Below are positions 22,277 through 24,991 of a stretch of 24,991 bases of DNA, piece by piece; within the stretch, counting starts at the first letter, position 1; every line of letters starts with the position of its first letter. The DNA is from an uncultured Gammaproteobacteria bacterium (GTDB lineage: Bacteria; Patescibacteriota; Microgenomatia; CAZETR01; Amesbacteraceae). The stretch covers positions 1 to 24,991 of the forward strand of contig CAYIGO010000001.1 of NCBI GenBank assembly GCA_964362965.1, written 5' to 3'. The notes beneath the pieces are model-generated. The model was not told the DNA's origin. It saw only the letters and a list, made by a program, of their open reading frames with translations, and did not search any database. Position numbers and translations under genes: made by a program.

Positions 22277-24880
22277 TTACGGAACGACTACTTTTACCTT
22301 TCCAGATGATACATTTTTCACTTGTCTTTGGACTACAGCTACCGCCTCATACTTTTTTGCATAAGACTTCCTCGATGACTCAACTACTTCATCTATTCTG
22401 CTTTGACTAAATGGCATATGAACTGGTGTCGTAACTCCTGAAAATGGTTCTTCTGGATTAAGTGCGCCAAGTCTCATATAGAAATGGTATGAAGGAAGAC
22501 TGGCAATCTCCCCTTGAGCAATATAGGGCTGGAACTGTGGCAAGATCATCCGCTCATCTTCTGGGTTGGCCGTTCGGAAACAGATAACCGTACCAGTATT
22601 AGCGAGCGTTATATTGACCAGTGAAATATCTTCAAGCTGAGATGTAGTTTGGTGAGCCAGTATTGCACCCAATCGATACTTACGAGCCTCTGAGAGGATT
22701 TGAGCAAACGCAGGAGTGGCAAAGTTTTGGAACTCATCAACATATAGGAAGAAGTCTTTTCTGTCTTCTGCTTTCATTCTGGCACGTTTAAGCGCCGACA
22801 ACTGGATCTTTGCCATGATAAGCACTCCGAAAACACTGGAATTATCTTCACCAACCTTACCTTTAGCGAGATTGCAAAGAAGTATTTTACCCTCATTCAT
22901 TATTGTGTCGAAGTTTATAGTGGATTTGCCTTGTTCAAGTATTCGCTTAGCAGTTGGTGAAAAGAGGAAACGCCCAATCTTATTCGTAATTGGCGAAATC
23001 ATTTTTACCTTTTGGTAGTCTCCAGCTTTGGCGAATTCATACTTCCAAAAGTCCAAGAGATTTTCGTCTTTCAAGTTACGGACGACTGATTTTCTAAAAG
23101 GTGTATTAATCAGGAGTTTGTAGACCGTGAATAAGGTAGCGTCAGGAACAGTAAAAGCCGTATGAATAGTATTTCTTAAGATGTATTCCATCCTTGGCCC
23201 TGAGTACTTATCAGTATAGATTTTATGGAAGACTGAGATAATACTTTCGGCGATAAATTCTTTTTCTCGAATCGTATCCTCTTCGTTTAAGCCTGGAGTC
23301 AGTTCAAGTAGGTTAATGCCCATTGGATAACCGATATCATCAGGATTAAAGTAAACCACATCAGCAATACGCTCTCTGGGAATAACAGATAAAATTTGCT
23401 CAATTAAGTCTCCGTGTGGATCAATGACACTTAAGCCCTTATGGTTTTTTATATCCTGTTCGATCATTGACAAAAGCATGGTTGATTTTCCAGTACCTGT
23501 AGCTCCCAAGATATAGACATGGCGACGACGTTCATCGGCCGTCAAGCCTATCTTGGTTTCAGTGCCACCGTAGGTATTGTTTGCAAAATATATATCGAGC
23601 TCAGTCTTTTGTTTTAAAGATAATGGAGCTGGTAATTCTTTGCTATGTAACTTTGATAAGTTTTCGGTTTTAGTGATACTGGTATAGGGAAAGTGATAGA
23701 GATCGGACAATTCAGACGTCGAGAGAATCAGATTGCCCATAAAGCCAAATAATCGGCGTCTGTAGAGCCACAATAATAGATTATTGATTGCCTTTATCTT
23801 GAGGTATCTTTTTGGTCGTAGATTTTGATAGCCTGCATTAGTAAATGGACTAAGCGCTGCGATAAAACCCTTTTCAATTCTTGACCTGCTAGAGTAGACA
23901 CTTGAGATAGTCAGATATCTTAAAGAAACGGTAAACAACTGCTGATCAATTTTTTGTTTAATCTGGGTTTCCACGATATCTCTGTATGTGCTATCAGGTA
24001 GCTGAGCTTTCAAAGAATTGATGGATAAAATTGGCCCCTCTCGACCACCAGTTAATATCCAGATTACTAAACCAAGGGGAAATAAAAGAATTTGTAAGGC
24101 GATATAAACAATCGCTAAAAAGATGGAGCCAGCTACATTAGATCCCTTTAACTCTGATAGAACATCCTTCTTCCCTAAAAAGAGTGAGCGGAGACGTCCA
24201 ACAAATTGAGCTGTCGGCCTACTAACAGTAGATACAACCATTTGCACGGCCACCAACTCATTCTCAGCCAGCTTAGTCATTGTTCCTGTGATATAGGCAA
24301 TGGGGTCATATTCGGCAAGATTGTCTTGTTTCTTAAGAGGAAAAGCGAAGTGATTAGTCAAACTGATATCTATGACATGTCCTTGGTCGTTTGTCTTAAG
24401 ATAATCACTGGTTTCTTTTACTTGTATGCCAGGCAAGTATGCGATGAGATTCTTTTTGATGATTTGAGCATCATCCGCTGAAAGCCTCAAAATATATCTA
24501 ATACCCTTATCTTTTGTGGAAGCAATTTCAAATGAATACGACTTGGTAACGTCAAATAACCTGAGTAACCAAGAACGCTGGCGCAGTAACCCATGAACTG
24601 AGGTGAATAGCTGAGTAGTAGTAAAAGAACTTTGTTCTGTTGAGGTTGGAGGTGATACTTCAAACAAGGTCGCAGGCTTAATGGATTCTTTCCAAGATAG
24701 ATATAGTTTTACAACCTGATACGTCACCCAGAGAACAAGGACGAGCAATATAGTCAAAACCAGATATGGTCTATATGTGTTAAAGAAACTATAGAAAATT
24801 GTGAAATACGGATTTAAGAAGTTGCCTAAGCCGACAAGTTCTTTTTCTAGGATTGTGAATATAAGATTATTTTTCAACAT
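22277..24880 (-). CDS. Type IV coupling protein-like ATPase (VirD4/TraD/TrwB family) with N-terminal membrane region
   Basis: RRRHVYILGATGTGKST, IDPHGDL, Walker B YVDEFQNF, and SEARKYRL...AHQ. Confidence 0.88.
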   Translation of the reverse strand: MLKNNLIFTILEKELVGLGNFLNPYFTIFYSFFNTYRPYLVLTILLVLVLWVTYQVVKLYLSWKESIKPATLFEVSPPTSTEQSSFTTTQLFTSVHGLLRQRSWLLRLFDVTKSYSFEIASTKDKGIRYILRLSADDAQIIKKNLIAYLPGIQVKETSDYLKTNDQGHVIDISLTNHFAFPLKKQDNLAEYDPIAYITGTMTKLAENELVAVQMVVSTVSRPTAQFVGRLRSLFLGKKDVLSELKGSNVAGSIFLAIVYIALQILLFPLGLVIWILTGGREGPILSINSLKAQLPDSTYRDIVETQIKQKIDQQLFTVSLRYLTISSVYSSRSRIEKGFIAALSPFTNAGYQNLRPKRYLKIKAINNLLLWLYRRRLFGFMGNLILSTSELSDLYHFPYTSITKTENLSKLHSKELPAPLSLKQKTELDIYFANNTYGGTETKIGLTADERRRHVYILGATGTGKSTMLLSMIEQDIKNHKGLSVIDPHGDLIEQILSVIPRERIADVVYFNPDDIGYPMGINLLELTPGLNEEDTIREKEFIAESIISVFHKIYTDKYSGPRMEYILRNTIHTAFTVPDATLFTVYKLLINTPFRKSVVRNLKDENLLDFWKYEFAKAGDYQKVKMISPITNKIGRFLFSPTAKRILEQGKSTINFDTIMNEGKILLCNLAKGKVGEDNSSVFGVLIMAKIQLSALKRARMKAEDRKDFFLYVDEFQNFATPAFAQILSEARKYRLGAILAHQTTSQLEDISLVNITLANTGTVICFRTANPEDERMILPQFQPYIAQGEIASLPSYHFYMRLGALNPEEPFSGVTTPVHMPFSQSRIDEVVESSRKSYAKKYEAVAVVQRQVKNVSSGKVKVVVP

Positions 24881-24991
24881 AACTACCCAAGGTGGGCAGT
24901 TAATATCAAGTACTAATGGTATTTGATATTGTTTGAATGATACTCCTTGAGGCCGTTTTTGGCAAAAGGATACTCCCTACATCTGGCTTGA

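Larger units (their letters stand above)
994..24991. mobile_element. Integrative conjugative element (right end beyond the window)
   Basis: att-like tRNA remnant at the left end; T4SS genes, coupling protein, replication-relaxation protein, DUF2958, defence and DGR cargo. Its integrase is not in the window. Confidence 0.75.

Noticed and set aside
1-24991. CRISPR array or a second VR
   Set aside because: I saw no regularly spaced repeats and, by eye, no further copy of the TR in the window. Remote targets elsewhere in the genome remain possible.
24902-24991. Imperfect inverted repeat (24902-24930), a GATACTCC repeat and a possible ORF tail at the right edge
   Set aside because: Too short and truncated to assign a function.

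Overview
The window looks like a Patescibacteria/CPR-type chromosome segment (taxonomy is inferred from gene style, not proven). 1-990 is a host tRNA cluster (tRNA-Gly(TCC), tspO, tRNA-Pro(TGG)), preceded by the tail of a probable serine recombinase that reads into the tRNA-Gly. From about 994 to beyond the right edge lies an integrative conjugative element (ICE). Its left end is an 18-bp tRNA-Gly 3'-end remnant with an outward-facing promoter. It carries a PLD protein, an XRE regulator, a three-gene ABC-3C/Lamassu-like defence module, a minimal T4SS operon (pilin, pilin-VirB6-like fusion, PrgI, VirB4, M23 peptidase), DUF2958, a replication-relaxation protein and a coupling protein. Inside the ICE is a ~10-kb GC-richer cargo: a complete diversity-generating retroelement (avd, TR, RT), a KilA-N gene, a ~1,555-codon surface-protein target and a MacB-type ABC transporter. 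VR and TR differ by 14 substitutions, all at TR adenines. The VR is internal to the target gene. The TR itself encodes an in-frame TAA, and the VR currently carries TAG plus a 2-nt deletion, so the target is presently interrupted. This suggests that retrohoming could act as an ON/OFF switch as well as a diversifier.
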